Part shown: positions 9,914 to 19,730 of the stretch, one piece after another
Numbering within the stretch: position 1 is the stretch's first letter
How the letters are laid out: every line of letters begins with the position of its first letter
Assembly: GCA_963662655.2 (NCBI GenBank)
Contig: CAXXTU010000002.1
Span: 1,312,001 to 1,376,000, forward strand
Length of the DNA: 64,000 nucleotides
Direction of reading: 5' to 3'
Origin: Candidatus Cloacimonadales bacterium
Lineage (GTDB): Bacteria; Cloacimonadota; Cloacimonadia; Cloacimonadales; JAIOQZ01
Notes under the pieces: generated by a model
What the model saw: only the letters and a program-made list of their open reading frames with translations
What the model was told of the DNA's origin: nothing
The model's database searches: none
Program-made: the position numbers and the translations under genes

Positions 9914-10560
9914 TGTAAGTTCTCCAGCACTGTTCTGACCAACTGCTCCAGTTTGAGCCAGTACATAGTTTTACGATTGTGTAAGATGGTTCCCATCGCG
10001 TAATGATTCAGTTCCGAATAAGCTTGTGGTTCACCCAAATCGCTCTCTTTATAGCGGTAGATGCCGATCACCTCATCCACGGGAAACACCCAGGTGGAGC
10101 CATCGACGTAAAGAGACACGAAATATGGGTTGGGGGATACTTCGTTGATCAGGAGCAGCGCATGCAAGGAGAAGCACAACTCCAGCGATCCCTCGATGTT
10201 CACAAGCCCGAGAAAAACGTCACGGGACAGACGGGGAATCGGATAAATCTTCTGCTTCTTCACGATGCTCTTTACGTAGTGTACGGGAATTCCCAGCAGT
10301 TCGCGTCCAAGATTGAACAGCACCAGGGGCGTGCCTTTCTCGGGCTTTCCCTCCTGCTTTTTCAGCCTTTCATAGAAGGATATCAGGTAATCTTCCGGCG
10401 CTTCGCTGCTCAGTTGTTCGGTGCTTTTCTCACGAAAGACATCGCAGAAGCGGCAGTGTATCGCTTCTTCCAGCTTCGGGCAGCTACGATCGCCGCGAAC
10501 CCCGATTTCCTCCCAGCAATAGATCCTGCTACGCTCTATCATCTCTTCGGATTTCATCAT
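9910..10560 (-). CDS. CheW-like coupling protein (WspD-like)
   Basis: N-terminal CWEEIGVRGDRSCPKL..HCRFC typical of WspD; CheW core LGLVNIEG. Confidence 0.85.
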   Translation of the reverse strand: MMKSEEMIERSRIYCWEEIGVRGDRSCPKLEEAIHCRFCDVFREKSTEQLSSEAPEDYLISFYERLKKQEGKPEKGTPLVLFNLGRELLGIPVHYVKSIVKKQKIYPIPRLSRDVFLGLVNIEGSLELCFSLHALLLINEVSPNPYFVSLYVDGSTWVFPVDEVIGIYRYKESDLGEPQAYSELNHYAMGTILHNRKTMYWLKLEQLVRTVLENLQ

Positions 10561-10619
10561 TCAAAATTTTAACGACCTCATTATACGCATTGCAACGTTT
10601 TGGGGTATCGGAGCTATGG

Positions 10620-12131
10620 TTATTCCTCTTCCGTTTCATCGAAGTAGGAGAAATCGAACAGGTGATCGATGATGTCGCTGGGGATGATGGATGCCTTGCC
10701 TCTGGTTCGGGCAAGTTCGTCGGCGGTGAATCCCAATAGCCAGCTTCCGCTGTGAGCGGCTTGCGGAAGATCGAGACCCTGCGCGATGAACGAAGTGATG
10801 ATTCCTGCGAGCACATCGCCGCTACCGCCTGTTGCCAGGCCGTCGTTGCCGGTGATGTTGAAGAGGAATTCCTCGCCGTCGTATAGAATGGACACATTGC
10901 TCTTCAGCAGCACAGGGCACTGGTATTTCTCGAAGAGCGCTTCGAGGGCTGCGATCATATCTTGTTCTATCTCATCGGCTTCCACGCCTAGCAAGCGCGC
11001 GAATTCTCCCACGTGCGGAGTCAGTAGCGGCTGAGGGCATTCCAAGAGCTTCGCCTGAAGTACCTCGCTACGAGCGATGCAATTGATGCCGTCCGCGTCA
11101 ATGACAAGCGGGAGTTCGCAGTTACCAAGCAGAAAATCCATCAGCTCGACGGCCTTGTCGTCTGTTCCGAGACCCGGCCCGACCAGGCATACATCCGAGT
11201 CGTTGAGGATGCGCATCATCGCCTTATGATCGAGTGCGCCGGATTCGAGGTAGGGACGCGGCTGCGTCATGACTTCGGTGAGCTTGGTTTCGTAAACCGT
11301 TTCCATACCCGGCGTGTGATACAGCTTGATAAGCCCCGCGCCGCTGCGAAGGGCAGCTCTGGAAGCCAGCACCGCCGCACCGGAGAGTCCCGGAGAGCCG
11401 GCAAAGATAGCGACCTTACCGTAATCACCCTTGTGCGAAAACTTGGTTCGGGGTGGAAGAGCGGGTAGATTGAGGATGAACGCCTTAGGGTGGTGGATGA
11501 AGTAGAATTCGTGTGGAATCCCGATATTGATTACGTGCAGCGTACCAGTGCAACGCGCGCCATCCATCAGGAAATGGCCGTATTTGGGAGCTGCCATCGT
11601 CAGCGTGTGCGTAGCGATTACGGCAGTCTTGCCAATTCCGGTGTTTGCATCAATCCCGGACGGTATATCGACGGAGTAGATGGGCATGCAACTCTGATTG
11701 ATCAGCTCGATCACATCTCGATATTGTTGGGAGACCTCTCCCTTGAATCCGATGCCGAAGATGGCGTCGACGATGATGTCGTATTCATCCAAGTCGAGCT
11801 CCTCCAGACCGATTACGGGGATATCGAGTTTCTTGCAGAGCGAGAAATTCGTTGCTGTTTCCGGGGACATACGTTCCTCGTTACCCAGAAACACGATGAC
11901 GGGATCGTGCCCCATGACATGCAGCCAGCGTGCGATGACGAATCCGTCGCCGCCATTGTTTCCGTGACCGCAGAAGATCACGGCGAACTTCTCTTCATCG
12001 CCGATCTCTTCCAGCATTGCTTCAACGCAGTTCCGACCGGCGTTCTCCATGAGGATCGCGCTTGATAGACCAAACTCGGTCATTGTGTATTGGTCTGTGT
12101 TTTTCATTTCTTCTCTTGAAAGGATAATCAT
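10620..12131 (-). CDS. nnr: Bifunctional NAD(P)H-hydrate epimerase/dehydratase
   Basis: LMENAG, GHGNNGGDG, DIPSG (YjeF_N); HKGDYGKV, GPGLG, DADG, TPHVGEF, GGSGDVL. Confidence 0.95.
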   Translation of the reverse strand: MIILSREEMKNTDQYTMTEFGLSSAILMENAGRNCVEAMLEEIGDEEKFAVIFCGHGNNGGDGFVIARWLHVMGHDPVIVFLGNEERMSPETATNFSLCKKLDIPVIGLEELDLDEYDIIVDAIFGIGFKGEVSQQYRDVIELINQSCMPIYSVDIPSGIDANTGIGKTAVIATHTLTMAAPKYGHFLMDGARCTGTLHVINIGIPHEFYFIHHPKAFILNLPALPPRTKFSHKGDYGKVAIFAGSPGLSGAAVLASRAALRSGAGLIKLYHTPGMETVYETKLTEVMTQPRPYLESGALDHKAMMRILNDSDVCLVGPGLGTDDKAVELMDFLLGNCELPLVIDADGINCIARSEVLQAKLLECPQPLLTPHVGEFARLLGVEADEIEQDMIAALEALFEKYQCPVLLKSNVSILYDGEEFLFNITGNDGLATGGSGDVLAGIITSFIAQGLDLPQAAHSGSWLLGFTADELARTRGKASIIPSDIIDHLFDFSYFDETEEE

Positions 12132-12132
12132 T

Positions 12133-13428
12133 TCACTTCTCCGGTAGCATTATTTCAATGGTCGTTCCTTCGCCCACGGTGCTTTCGAGCACCCTGATGC
12201 GACCTTTATGATAGTCTTCGACAATGCGCTTGGCGAGGCTCAATCCAAGTCCCCAGCCTCGACTTTTCGATGTGATTCCAGGCTCGAAAATCTTGGAGTA
12301 CTTCGATTTGGGAATACCGATTCCCTCGTCGCGAACCTGGATGTATGTGTTTCCGTTTTTGCTTGTGGCGGTCAGAATGATGTTGCCGCCCTTGTTCTTC
12401 ATGGCGTCGATGCTGTTTCTCACCAGATTCTCGATTGTCCACCGAATCAAGTCGGGATCGACGTTGATGATGATATCGTCAATTTTACTTATAAGATGGA
12501 TTTCGATCTCGTTATCCAGGTTGGGAAGCCTTGTATTGAAGTACTCGATGGTCTCTTCGAGGATTTTATTGATTCCGCAAGGCTTGAGCTTCACCACCGA
12601 ACCGACTTTCCCAAAGCGATTTGCGACCTTCTGAAGATGAGCCACATCCGCCTTCATGTGATCGATCATCTCGATCATGCTCACGTCTTCGCAACTGGAC
12701 TCGATGCGCATTTTCAGGAGATCGAGCCACGCGAGCATGGACGATATCGGGGTCCCGAACTGGTGGGCTGTTTCCTTGGCAAGGCCGATCCAGAGCTTGT
12801 CCTTCTCGCTCTTCTTCACAAGAAACACGCCGTGGAGACCGAATATGACAAACACGAGCACCAGCGCCATCTCGAACACCGGCATATAGCGCAACTGCTT
12901 CATGGAGAACGGCTCGCTGTAATAAACATAGCCGAAGACGCTTGTATCGGGAAAACTATCCGGTGGAGCTTTGGCAAGCGGAATTGCGTAAAGGCTATCT
13001 GTCGAGGTGAACTGAAGCGCTATTTTGTTGGCGCTGTGCATTCCCTTGAGCTCTTCGCGCAGCATCTGTTGCTTCTTGGTATCCAGATAGCGATATGGGA
13101 GATTGTCGACTTCGATATTTTTCCAGGCGATCGGCTCGTTATTGCTGTCCGTCACGATGATCTTGTAGTCGATATTCTGAAAGACATGTTCCTGGATGTA
13201 CTCCACCAGGCGATCTTTCCAAATCTCGCTTTCCCAGTCGCTATCCGTGAGTAGGGTAAAATATCTCGCGAAGAGGTTGGGGACAATGTGAGCGTCTTTC
13301 CTGGCGTGGAAAATGAGTCGATTGGAGTATATCACGAAAAAGAACATGATCAGCGCGCTGCCGAAAATGAAATAGAGTTTTAGCAGCAGGTTTCGATCAC
13401 TTCCTTTTAACAGCTTCCCAAACTTCAT
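12133..13428 (-). CDS. Membrane sensor histidine kinase
   Basis: Two TM segments, AKETAHQFGTP H-box, ENLVRNS, DEGIGI, GWGLGL; start at MKFGKLL. Confidence 0.9.
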   Translation of the reverse strand: MKFGKLLKGSDRNLLLKLYFIFGSALIMFFFVIYSNRLIFHARKDAHIVPNLFARYFTLLTDSDWESEIWKDRLVEYIQEHVFQNIDYKIIVTDSNNEPIAWKNIEVDNLPYRYLDTKKQQMLREELKGMHSANKIALQFTSTDSLYAIPLAKAPPDSFPDTSVFGYVYYSEPFSMKQLRYMPVFEMALVLVFVIFGLHGVFLVKKSEKDKLWIGLAKETAHQFGTPISSMLAWLDLLKMRIESSCEDVSMIEMIDHMKADVAHLQKVANRFGKVGSVVKLKPCGINKILEETIEYFNTRLPNLDNEIEIHLISKIDDIIINVDPDLIRWTIENLVRNSIDAMKNKGGNIILTATSKNGNTYIQVRDEGIGIPKSKYSKIFEPGITSKSRGWGLGLSLAKRIVEDYHKGRIRVLESTVGEGTTIEIMLPEK

Positions 13429-14167
13429 CGAGCTGCTCCAGCGTTTGTTCGTGCATGTCAAGCCCGGCGTTTGCAAATTCCTTTTCCACCTGCCGGAACC
13501 GATTCTCGAATTTTCGTATCGCACCCCGCAAGGCTGCCTCGCTATCGATGTGCAGTTTACGGGCAAGATTCACCACGGTGAAGAGGATATCGCCGATTTC
13601 GTCCTCGATCCGCTCTTGCGGCTCATTTTCCCAGGCCTCTTCGAACTCGGCGAACTCTTCTTTCATCTTCTCGAAGACAGGCTCGGGAGATGGCCAGTCG
13701 AAGCCTACGGATGCCGCTTTCTCCTGCATTCGCTGAGCGACGATGAGTCCGGGCATGGAATGCGGGATGCCATCGATTGCCGAGCGATCCCGTTTCTCTT
13801 TTTCGCGACGTTTGAGCCGCTCCCAGTTCATTTTAACTTCGTCCGCGTCCGTCGCTTTCGCGTCGGAGAAGATATGCGGGTGGCGTATGATCAGCTTTTT
13901 GCAGATGCGGTTGAGAACATCCGCGCCAGTGAAGTCGCCGTTCTCCTCTGCGATGCGAATCTGCATCACAACATGCAGCATGATATCGCCGAGTTCTTCG
14001 CAAAGGTGCGGTTGGTCGTCATGCTCGATTGCCTCGATCGCCTCGTAGAGTTCCTCGATGAAGTTCGGAACCAGCGATCGGGAGGTCTGCTTCAAATCCC
14101 AGGGACAGCCGTTCTCCGGATCTCTCAACCTTGCAACAACTTGTATCAATTCATCAAATTCTTTCAT
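13397..14167 (-). CDS. mazG: Nucleoside triphosphate pyrophosphohydrolase MazG
   Basis: LRDPENGCPWD, EELYE, EELGD, RHPHIF, EDEIGDILF. Confidence 0.95.
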   Translation of the reverse strand: MKEFDELIQVVARLRDPENGCPWDLKQTSRSLVPNFIEELYEAIEAIEHDDQPHLCEELGDIMLHVVMQIRIAEENGDFTGADVLNRICKKLIIRHPHIFSDAKATDADEVKMNWERLKRREKEKRDRSAIDGIPHSMPGLIVAQRMQEKAASVGFDWPSPEPVFEKMKEEFAEFEEAWENEPQERIEDEIGDILFTVVNLARKLHIDSEAALRGAIRKFENRFRQVEKEFANAGLDMHEQTLEQLDEVWEAVKRK

Positions 14168-14274
14168 GGATTCCCTTTCATTCGGTTCATAATATCGGTA
14201 AGAAAGACAGCGGGGAAATGTTTGTCAATGAAAACAAGAATTTCGCGTGCACCATCTTCCATAGCTCACCGACC

Positions 14275-14452
14275 GCGCGGCGGGGCGACGCCGGAAGTCC
14301 ATACGCACCAAAGTAATGGCCCAAACAAAGTCTGTCCGCCGCGACAAAGCCAGCGCTAGTGATCCCTCTCAGGGACTTCCGGGAACGCTTATGAGCTGCA
14401 ACGCAGCTCATAAGCGTTCTGTGTGCGAAGCACACGCGCCGCCCCGCCGCGC
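14275..14452 (+). repeat. Structured intergenic element, copy A (four-way junction)
   Basis: P1 14275-14291/14436-14452; P2 14292-14300/14373-14381; P3 14383-14399/14403-14419; P4 GTGTGC-GAA-GCACAC 14421-14435. Confidence 0.8.
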
Positions 14453-14558
14453 TGAGCTGGTTGAGCAACTCGAACCTGCCGGATTGTTTTCATGGACAAG
14501 CATTTCTCGACAAAAAGAATCGCTCGCAGAATATTCGTTCTGTTATGGAGACCAGGAC

Positions 14559-15779
14559 ATGAGCGAGATCAAAGACAAGCTGCGCCTTCTCGGCCTGAAG
14601 CTTTCCCCGCAGGAAAAGCCCAAAACGAAGATTAGTCGGTTCCGACTGGACAATGATCTCGTCGGAAAATACATAGATACGCACTCCGGTTCGATCTTCG
14701 TGCGGGAGACGGTGCTTCCGGTCGATTACTCTCATGGCTGGCTCTCCCCCATACGATATCCCAGTGAAATGAAGCTCCTCGCCCAATACGCCAGGCTGCA
14801 CGACCACACATCCATCGAACCCAATCAGGTTGTGTACCTCGACACGGAAACAACCGGCCTTGCCGGCGGAACAGGCACATACGCCTTCATGGTAGGAGTC
14901 GGAAGATTCACGCCAAACGGATTCTTCCTCCGGCAATACATCATGGCGGATCCGACCGAGGAGGTCTTCCTGATCGAAGCGCTGCAAAATGAATTCGATA
15001 CCGCCCAAACAACGGTCTCATACAACGGTAAGGCGTTCGACATCCCGCTACTGGAAAGCCGGTTTATCCTGAACGGTTTTCCCATGCCGTTCGAGGAGAT
15101 GCAACACCTCGATCTGCTGCATCCGGCCCGCAGACTCTGGAGGAACCGCTTCGATTCGTGCCGTCTGAGCGCTCTGGAATACTACGTTCTTGGCATCGTC
15201 CGCTCGGAAGACGACATCCCGGGCTCCATGATACCCCAGATGTATTTCGACTTCCTGCAATCGCGCGATCCCGAGTTCTTCAACGGCATACTGTACCATA
15301 ATCAGGAAGACATCGTAAGCCTGGCGGCATTCCACCAATTGATCGCACAAATCCTCGAAAATCCGGATCAATGCGATGAGAAGATTCTGGATTTCTTTGA
15401 ATTGGGAAAACTATACGAGGATTTACATGAAAACGACCGCGCGAGGGACATGTTCAGAAGGATAATAGAGCCCGATAGCGATGTCAACAAGCGACATTCG
15501 TTCCTGCTCAAACGCATTGGGGACTGGCCGGAGGCGGTAGAAATCTGGCTGCGTGAGTGCGATGCCGGTTGCGATTACGCCATGCTTGAACTCGCGAAGT
15601 ACTACGAGCACCAGCGGAGAGATTTCGAGAAAGCCAGGCACTTCTCGACCCTCCTCACCCGGGCAATCATGGATTCAGGCAAGACATGCAGTAACGAAGA
15701 CCTCGACGCGATAGAAAAACGGCTTCAAAGACTCGATCGCAAGATCAGAGCCGCTGAAGCCGATAAAATTTCAGATTGA
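14559..15779 (+). CDS. YprB/MrfB-like RNase H-fold (DEDD) exonuclease with C-terminal TPR-like repeats
   Basis: YLDTETTGL, SYNGKAFDIP, HLDLLH, YHNQEDI; SD-preceded ATG at 14559 (the longer ORF reads through the repeat element). Confidence 0.85.
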   Translation: MSEIKDKLRLLGLKLSPQEKPKTKISRFRLDNDLVGKYIDTHSGSIFVRETVLPVDYSHGWLSPIRYPSEMKLLAQYARLHDHTSIEPNQVVYLDTETTGLAGGTGTYAFMVGVGRFTPNGFFLRQYIMADPTEEVFLIEALQNEFDTAQTTVSYNGKAFDIPLLESRFILNGFPMPFEEMQHLDLLHPARRLWRNRFDSCRLSALEYYVLGIVRSEDDIPGSMIPQMYFDFLQSRDPEFFNGILYHNQEDIVSLAAFHQLIAQILENPDQCDEKILDFFELGKLYEDLHENDRARDMFRRIIEPDSDVNKRHSFLLKRIGDWPEAVEIWLRECDAGCDYAMLELAKYYEHQRRDFEKARHFSTLLTRAIMDSGKTCSNEDLDAIEKRLQRLDRKIRAAEADKISD

Positions 15780-15783
15780 TCGA

Positions 15784-16563
15784 TCAGTGCCTTGCGCGAC
15801 ACAAACCCCTGTTCGAGTTCTGAGCGAATTCAATAAAGAGCTTCTGCTCAGGAGTCGGGTTCTCGATTTCGAGAGCTTTCTCCAAAGCGTCGCCACGATT
15901 CAAACCGGTGCGGAAGAACAAGTCGTAAACGTCTTTGATCGCGTTGATCTGTTCCGTTGTAAATCCTTTGCGCTGCAATCCTACCGTATTGAGACCCGAA
16001 AGCCTGTACGGCATATCCTCGCCGCGGGTATAGGGCGGAACGTCCATCTTGACGCCCGATTTCCCACCCACAAACGCATACGCGCCGATCTGCACGAACT
16101 GATGAACCGCCGTCATGCCGCCAACGGTCACGAAGTCCTGAATCGTGATATGCCCGGCCAGGTTCACCGCATTCGCGATGATGACGTTGCTTCCGATATG
16201 GCAGTTGTGCGCCACATGAACATAGGCCATCAATAGGCACCCGTTATCGATCGTAACCGGCTCTTCCAGCGTTGCGCTCTTGTTGATCGTGGTGAATTCG
16301 CGGAACGTGTTGTTATCGCCGATAATCAACCGCGTTGGGTCACTTTGCTTGAATTTCAGGTCCTGAGGTTCGGTTCCAATCACCGCAGAGTGGAAAAATC
16401 TGTTATTCTTTCCGATTGTCGTGTGACCGTCGATGACCACGTTGGAAACAAGCTCGCAACCGTCGCCGAGAACCACATTCTCACCAATCATACAATACGG
16501 GCCGATCTTCACGTCGTTCCCGATCTTCGCGTTTGGATGTACTATTGCTGTTGGATGAACCAT
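15784..16563 (-). CDS. lpxA: UDP-N-acetylglucosamine acyltransferase
   Basis: Hexapeptide repeats, PQDLKF, HVAHNC, NLAGH, VHQF. Confidence 0.97.
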   Translation of the reverse strand: MVHPTAIVHPNAKIGNDVKIGPYCMIGENVVLGDGCELVSNVVIDGHTTIGKNNRFFHSAVIGTEPQDLKFKQSDPTRLIIGDNNTFREFTTINKSATLEEPVTIDNGCLLMAYVHVAHNCHIGSNVIIANAVNLAGHITIQDFVTVGGMTAVHQFVQIGAYAFVGGKSGVKMDVPPYTRGEDMPYRLSGLNTVGLQRKGFTTEQINAIKDVYDLFFRTGLNRGDALEKALEIENPTPEQKLFIEFAQNSNRGLCRARH

Positions 16564-16570
16564 TTCAACC

Positions 16571-17962
16571 TCATTTCCTCATTAGTTTTGCCAGGAAATC
16601 ACCTTCGCAGACTTTCGTATCACCGACAAAAGCATCTCCGTGCATCTTGACCAGCGTGCGCTTGAGCGAGATAATCTCCAGCTCGAACCGTAGCGTATCG
16701 CCCGGTAGCACGGGCTTGCGGAATTTCACGTTGTCTATTGAAGCGAAGTACGCCACGTAGTTCTCTGGATCGTCGTATTCGTTGAGAATCATAATACCGC
16801 CGGTCTGTGCCATCGCTTCAACGATGAGAACGCCCGGCATTACCGGATGACCGGGAAAATGCCCCTGGAAGAACGGCTCGTTGATGGTAACGTTCTTGAT
16901 ACCCGTGATGTGCTTACCGGTTTCAAACTCGGTAACCTTATCGACAAGCAGGAACGGATAACGATGCGGAAGCATGCGCTGGATCGCGTTGATATCGAAA
17001 ACGACATCCTTGAGCTTCTTGCCCTGAAACGCCTTTTGCATCTCCTGCTTCTTGTGGATTCCGCGAAGCTTCTTCACCAGTTCCACATTCGTCTTATGTC
17101 CGCTACGAGCGGCAAGGATATGCCCTTTGATCGGGAGCCCCAGAAGCGCGATATCGCCAATGAGATCAACCACTTTGTGACGAACGAACTCGTTGTGGAA
17201 GCGAAGCGGCGTATCCATGACTACACCCGTCTTCTCACCGACTTTTACATCCTTGTAGTCGAACAGTTTTTTCACCTTCTCCATATCTTCATCAGTGGAG
17301 TGGCTTCGGGTGATGACCAGAGCATTCTCCAGGCTACCGCCTTTGATGAGTCCCGCTTCCTTCAGCGCAATGATTTCATCAAGAAAACAGAACGTACGGG
17401 CTGGAGCAAATTCTTTTTCGAAGTAATCCATCGAAGGAAGCCAAGTGTATTGGGTTCCCACAAATTTACTGTCAAACTCAACCATGAAGGTCACTTTCAG
17501 CTCGTTGGAGGGGACGATCACGACATCAACATTGTCGTCTTGCGCTGAGAATGAAATAGGCTCGTCAAACTCGAAGTATTCGCGTGGGCTGTTTTGCTTC
17601 ACATAACCAACCTGATCCAGCAGTTTCATGAAAGGCAAAGCGCTTCCATCAGCAACCGGCACTTCCGGGCCGTTGACTTCCACAAGGATATTGTCCAGAT
17701 CGCAACCTTTAATCGCAGCGAGAAGATGCTCGACGGTCGCAACAGATGCTCCGTTTATACCGATTGTCGTCCCGCGGGAGATGTCGATCACGTGGTCGAT
17801 GTCCGCCGGAATCTCCGGATTACCCGGTAAATCGGTACGAATAAAAACGATGCCCTTATCTTCTTTCGCCGGCTTGAACGTCACCGTGGAAATCTCTCCG
17901 TAGTGCAGTCCTATACCGGTATAGCATACCTGCCCACCTATTGTATGTTGATAATCTCTCAT
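16571..17962 (-). CDS. lpxC: Bifunctional LpxC deacetylase / FabZ dehydratase
   Basis: GIGLHYG, TVEHLLAA, ARTF, RHKVVDLIGD (LpxC); LPHRYPFLLVD, FQGHFPGHPVMPGVL (FabZ). Confidence 0.97.
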   Translation of the reverse strand: MRDYQHTIGGQVCYTGIGLHYGEISTVTFKPAKEDKGIVFIRTDLPGNPEIPADIDHVIDISRGTTIGINGASVATVEHLLAAIKGCDLDNILVEVNGPEVPVADGSALPFMKLLDQVGYVKQNSPREYFEFDEPISFSAQDDNVDVVIVPSNELKVTFMVEFDSKFVGTQYTWLPSMDYFEKEFAPARTFCFLDEIIALKEAGLIKGGSLENALVITRSHSTDEDMEKVKKLFDYKDVKVGEKTGVVMDTPLRFHNEFVRHKVVDLIGDIALLGLPIKGHILAARSGHKTNVELVKKLRGIHKKQEMQKAFQGKKLKDVVFDINAIQRMLPHRYPFLLVDKVTEFETGKHITGIKNVTINEPFFQGHFPGHPVMPGVLIVEAMAQTGGIMILNEYDDPENYVAYFASIDNVKFRKPVLPGDTLRFELEIISLKRTLVKMHGDAFVGDTKVCEGDFLAKLMRK

Positions 17963-19026
17963 GATTCATCCTCATCTTTCATTAGAACTTCCTTGATTTC
18001 TTTCAGCGCAAGTCGCGTTTCCTTCATGAAGTCGGGAAGCTTCAATTGGCTGAGATACATACGCTTCTGCTGAATCGCTTCCACAGCGGGAGAACCGAAC
18101 ATCTTCATACCGTCGGGAATATCCTTGGCGATGCCTGATTGCGCTCCCACCATAACTTCATCACCGATATTGCGATGGTCGCCAATGCCCACCTGACCTG
18201 CCAGATAAACCCGGCTGCCGACCCTGGTGCTTCCGGCGACACCCACTTGGGCGCAAAGAATACTATCTTCGCCGATCACCACGTTGTGCCCGACCTGAAC
18301 CATGTTGTCCAGCTTCGTTCGTGCTCCGATCACCGTTGAACCGAGCGTCGCGCGGTCAACCGAAGAATTCGCGCCGATCTCCACGTCGTCGTGGATGATC
18401 ACGTTACCGACTTGCGGAATCTTCACCTGTTTGCCGTCCATCAGAACGTAGCCGAAACCGTCCGCGCCAATGACAACACCCGCATGCAGGATAACCCTAT
18501 CGTGCAAAACACATTCGTCGTAAATCGTAACATTCGGGAAAAACTTGCATCCCGCCCCGATTTTCACGTAATCGCCGATCACGCAGTTGGGACCAATCTC
18601 GCAACCGTCTCCGATCGCACTTTCCCTTCCGATCACAACGCCCGGCGCAATGCTTACATTGCCACCGATCTTCGCGGTTTCGTGAATCGTCGCTTTCCCG
18701 GATACGCTTTTCTCGGAATTCTCAGATTCCTCAGCAAGCAAGCGCGTTACAAGCCCCATGAAAGCTATCATCGGCTTCTCGACAATCAAGCATGGAACAT
18801 GCTTGAATTCCTCGCCATAGAGATTCTCATGAAGCATGAGAAGTCCAGCCTTGGTCGAGCGAGCGCTTTCGATGTAGTCGGGGCTTTCCAGGAAGCAAAT
18901 CGATGAGCCGTCCGCGTTCTCCAGAGAGGAGACGCTCGTAAGCTCGATGGAGCCTTCGCCCATCAGCTTCCCATCGAGGAGTTCGGCAATTTCCTGCGCG
19001 GTATGAGATTTAAGAAAACGCTTCAT
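17959..19026 (-). CDS. lpxD: UDP-3-O-acylglucosamine N-acyltransferase
   Basis: IGADGFGY, KIPQVGNV, DRATLGST, DNMVQVGHN. Confidence 0.96.
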   Translation of the reverse strand: MKRFLKSHTAQEIAELLDGKLMGEGSIELTSVSSLENADGSSICFLESPDYIESARSTKAGLLMLHENLYGEEFKHVPCLIVEKPMIAFMGLVTRLLAEESENSEKSVSGKATIHETAKIGGNVSIAPGVVIGRESAIGDGCEIGPNCVIGDYVKIGAGCKFFPNVTIYDECVLHDRVILHAGVVIGADGFGYVLMDGKQVKIPQVGNVIIHDDVEIGANSSVDRATLGSTVIGARTKLDNMVQVGHNVVIGEDSILCAQVGVAGSTRVGSRVYLAGQVGIGDHRNIGDEVMVGAQSGIAKDIPDGMKMFGSPAVEAIQQKRMYLSQLKLPDFMKETRLALKEIKEVLMKDEDES

Positions 19027-19571
19027 TATTCGTTCGTATCTTCTGTTTCGCCGTCGGTCGCTGAATTCATTTCATCCAGAACGACATCCGTGACATCGAG
19101 GCTTGGAACCGCGTAAAGGATTCCGCCAGCCGCCGCGTCGAGGATTACCGAATAACCGTACTCGTCAGCGACTTTCTTGATGGCGATCTGTACCTTGTTC
19201 ATGATCGGTTCGAGCAGTTCTTCGTTCTTGCGAGCGGCCTTACCGTTCTCACCGAAAATTTCCTGGATCAAGCGCTTGCGTTCGTCGATCTTGTTGTTGA
19301 TCGCGCCCTCGGCTTCTTTCTTGCCGGCGTCCGTCATGGTAAGTTTACGGGCTTCGTATTCATCCGTAAGACGATCGATCTCTTCCTCGAGTTCGGTGAT
19401 CTGGGCTTCCCAAATCTGACGCTCGCTTTCGAAGAGCTTCTCTGCTTCCTGTGTATCCTTGCTTTCTGCCATGATGCGTTCGCTATCGACGTAACCGATT
19501 TTCATTTGATCTTCAGCCATAAGCAACATCGCAAACGCTGTCAAAACCAGTGCCAGTACTATTTTTTTCAT
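19026..19571 (-). CDS. skp: OmpH/Skp periplasmic chaperone
   Basis: Signal peptide, KIGYVD, coiled coil, GYSVILD..ILYA..DVT; upstream of lpxD. Confidence 0.9.
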   Translation of the reverse strand: MKKIVLALVLTAFAMLLMAEDQMKIGYVDSERIMAESKDTQEAEKLFESERQIWEAQITELEEEIDRLTDEYEARKLTMTDAGKKEAEGAINNKIDERKRLIQEIFGENGKAARKNEELLEPIMNKVQIAIKKVADEYGYSVILDAAAGGILYAVPSLDVTDVVLDEMNSATDGETEDTNE

Positions 19572-19730
19572 GATTCCTCCGTTGGAATATATATTTTATA
19601 AATCTCTTTTTGTAAGTTTTCCATAAAAAAAACACGTTTCATAGCGTCAACAGAAAAAAGAGCTCTGCCCATGCAACCTCTTCCTTCGCAATTGAGTTCT
19701 CGAAGCCGCATTCCGTAAAAACGCTCATCG

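Noticed and set aside
14275..14452. Four-way element as tRNA, hairpin ribozyme, integron attC or CRISPR repeat
   Set aside because: No D/T-loop consensus, no hairpin-ribozyme loop A/B motifs, no attC R-box pattern or cassette array; copies are dispersed, not tandem
14316..14558. N-terminal extension of the 487-aa ORF, and small ORFs over 43885-44154 and 58138-58432
   Set aside because: These frames run through the GC-rich palindromic element; the real exonuclease start is the SD-preceded ATG at 14559
16571..17962. LpxC-FabZ fusion as a novelty
   Set aside because: This fusion is well known in Bacteroidota and related phyla; useful only as a taxonomic hint
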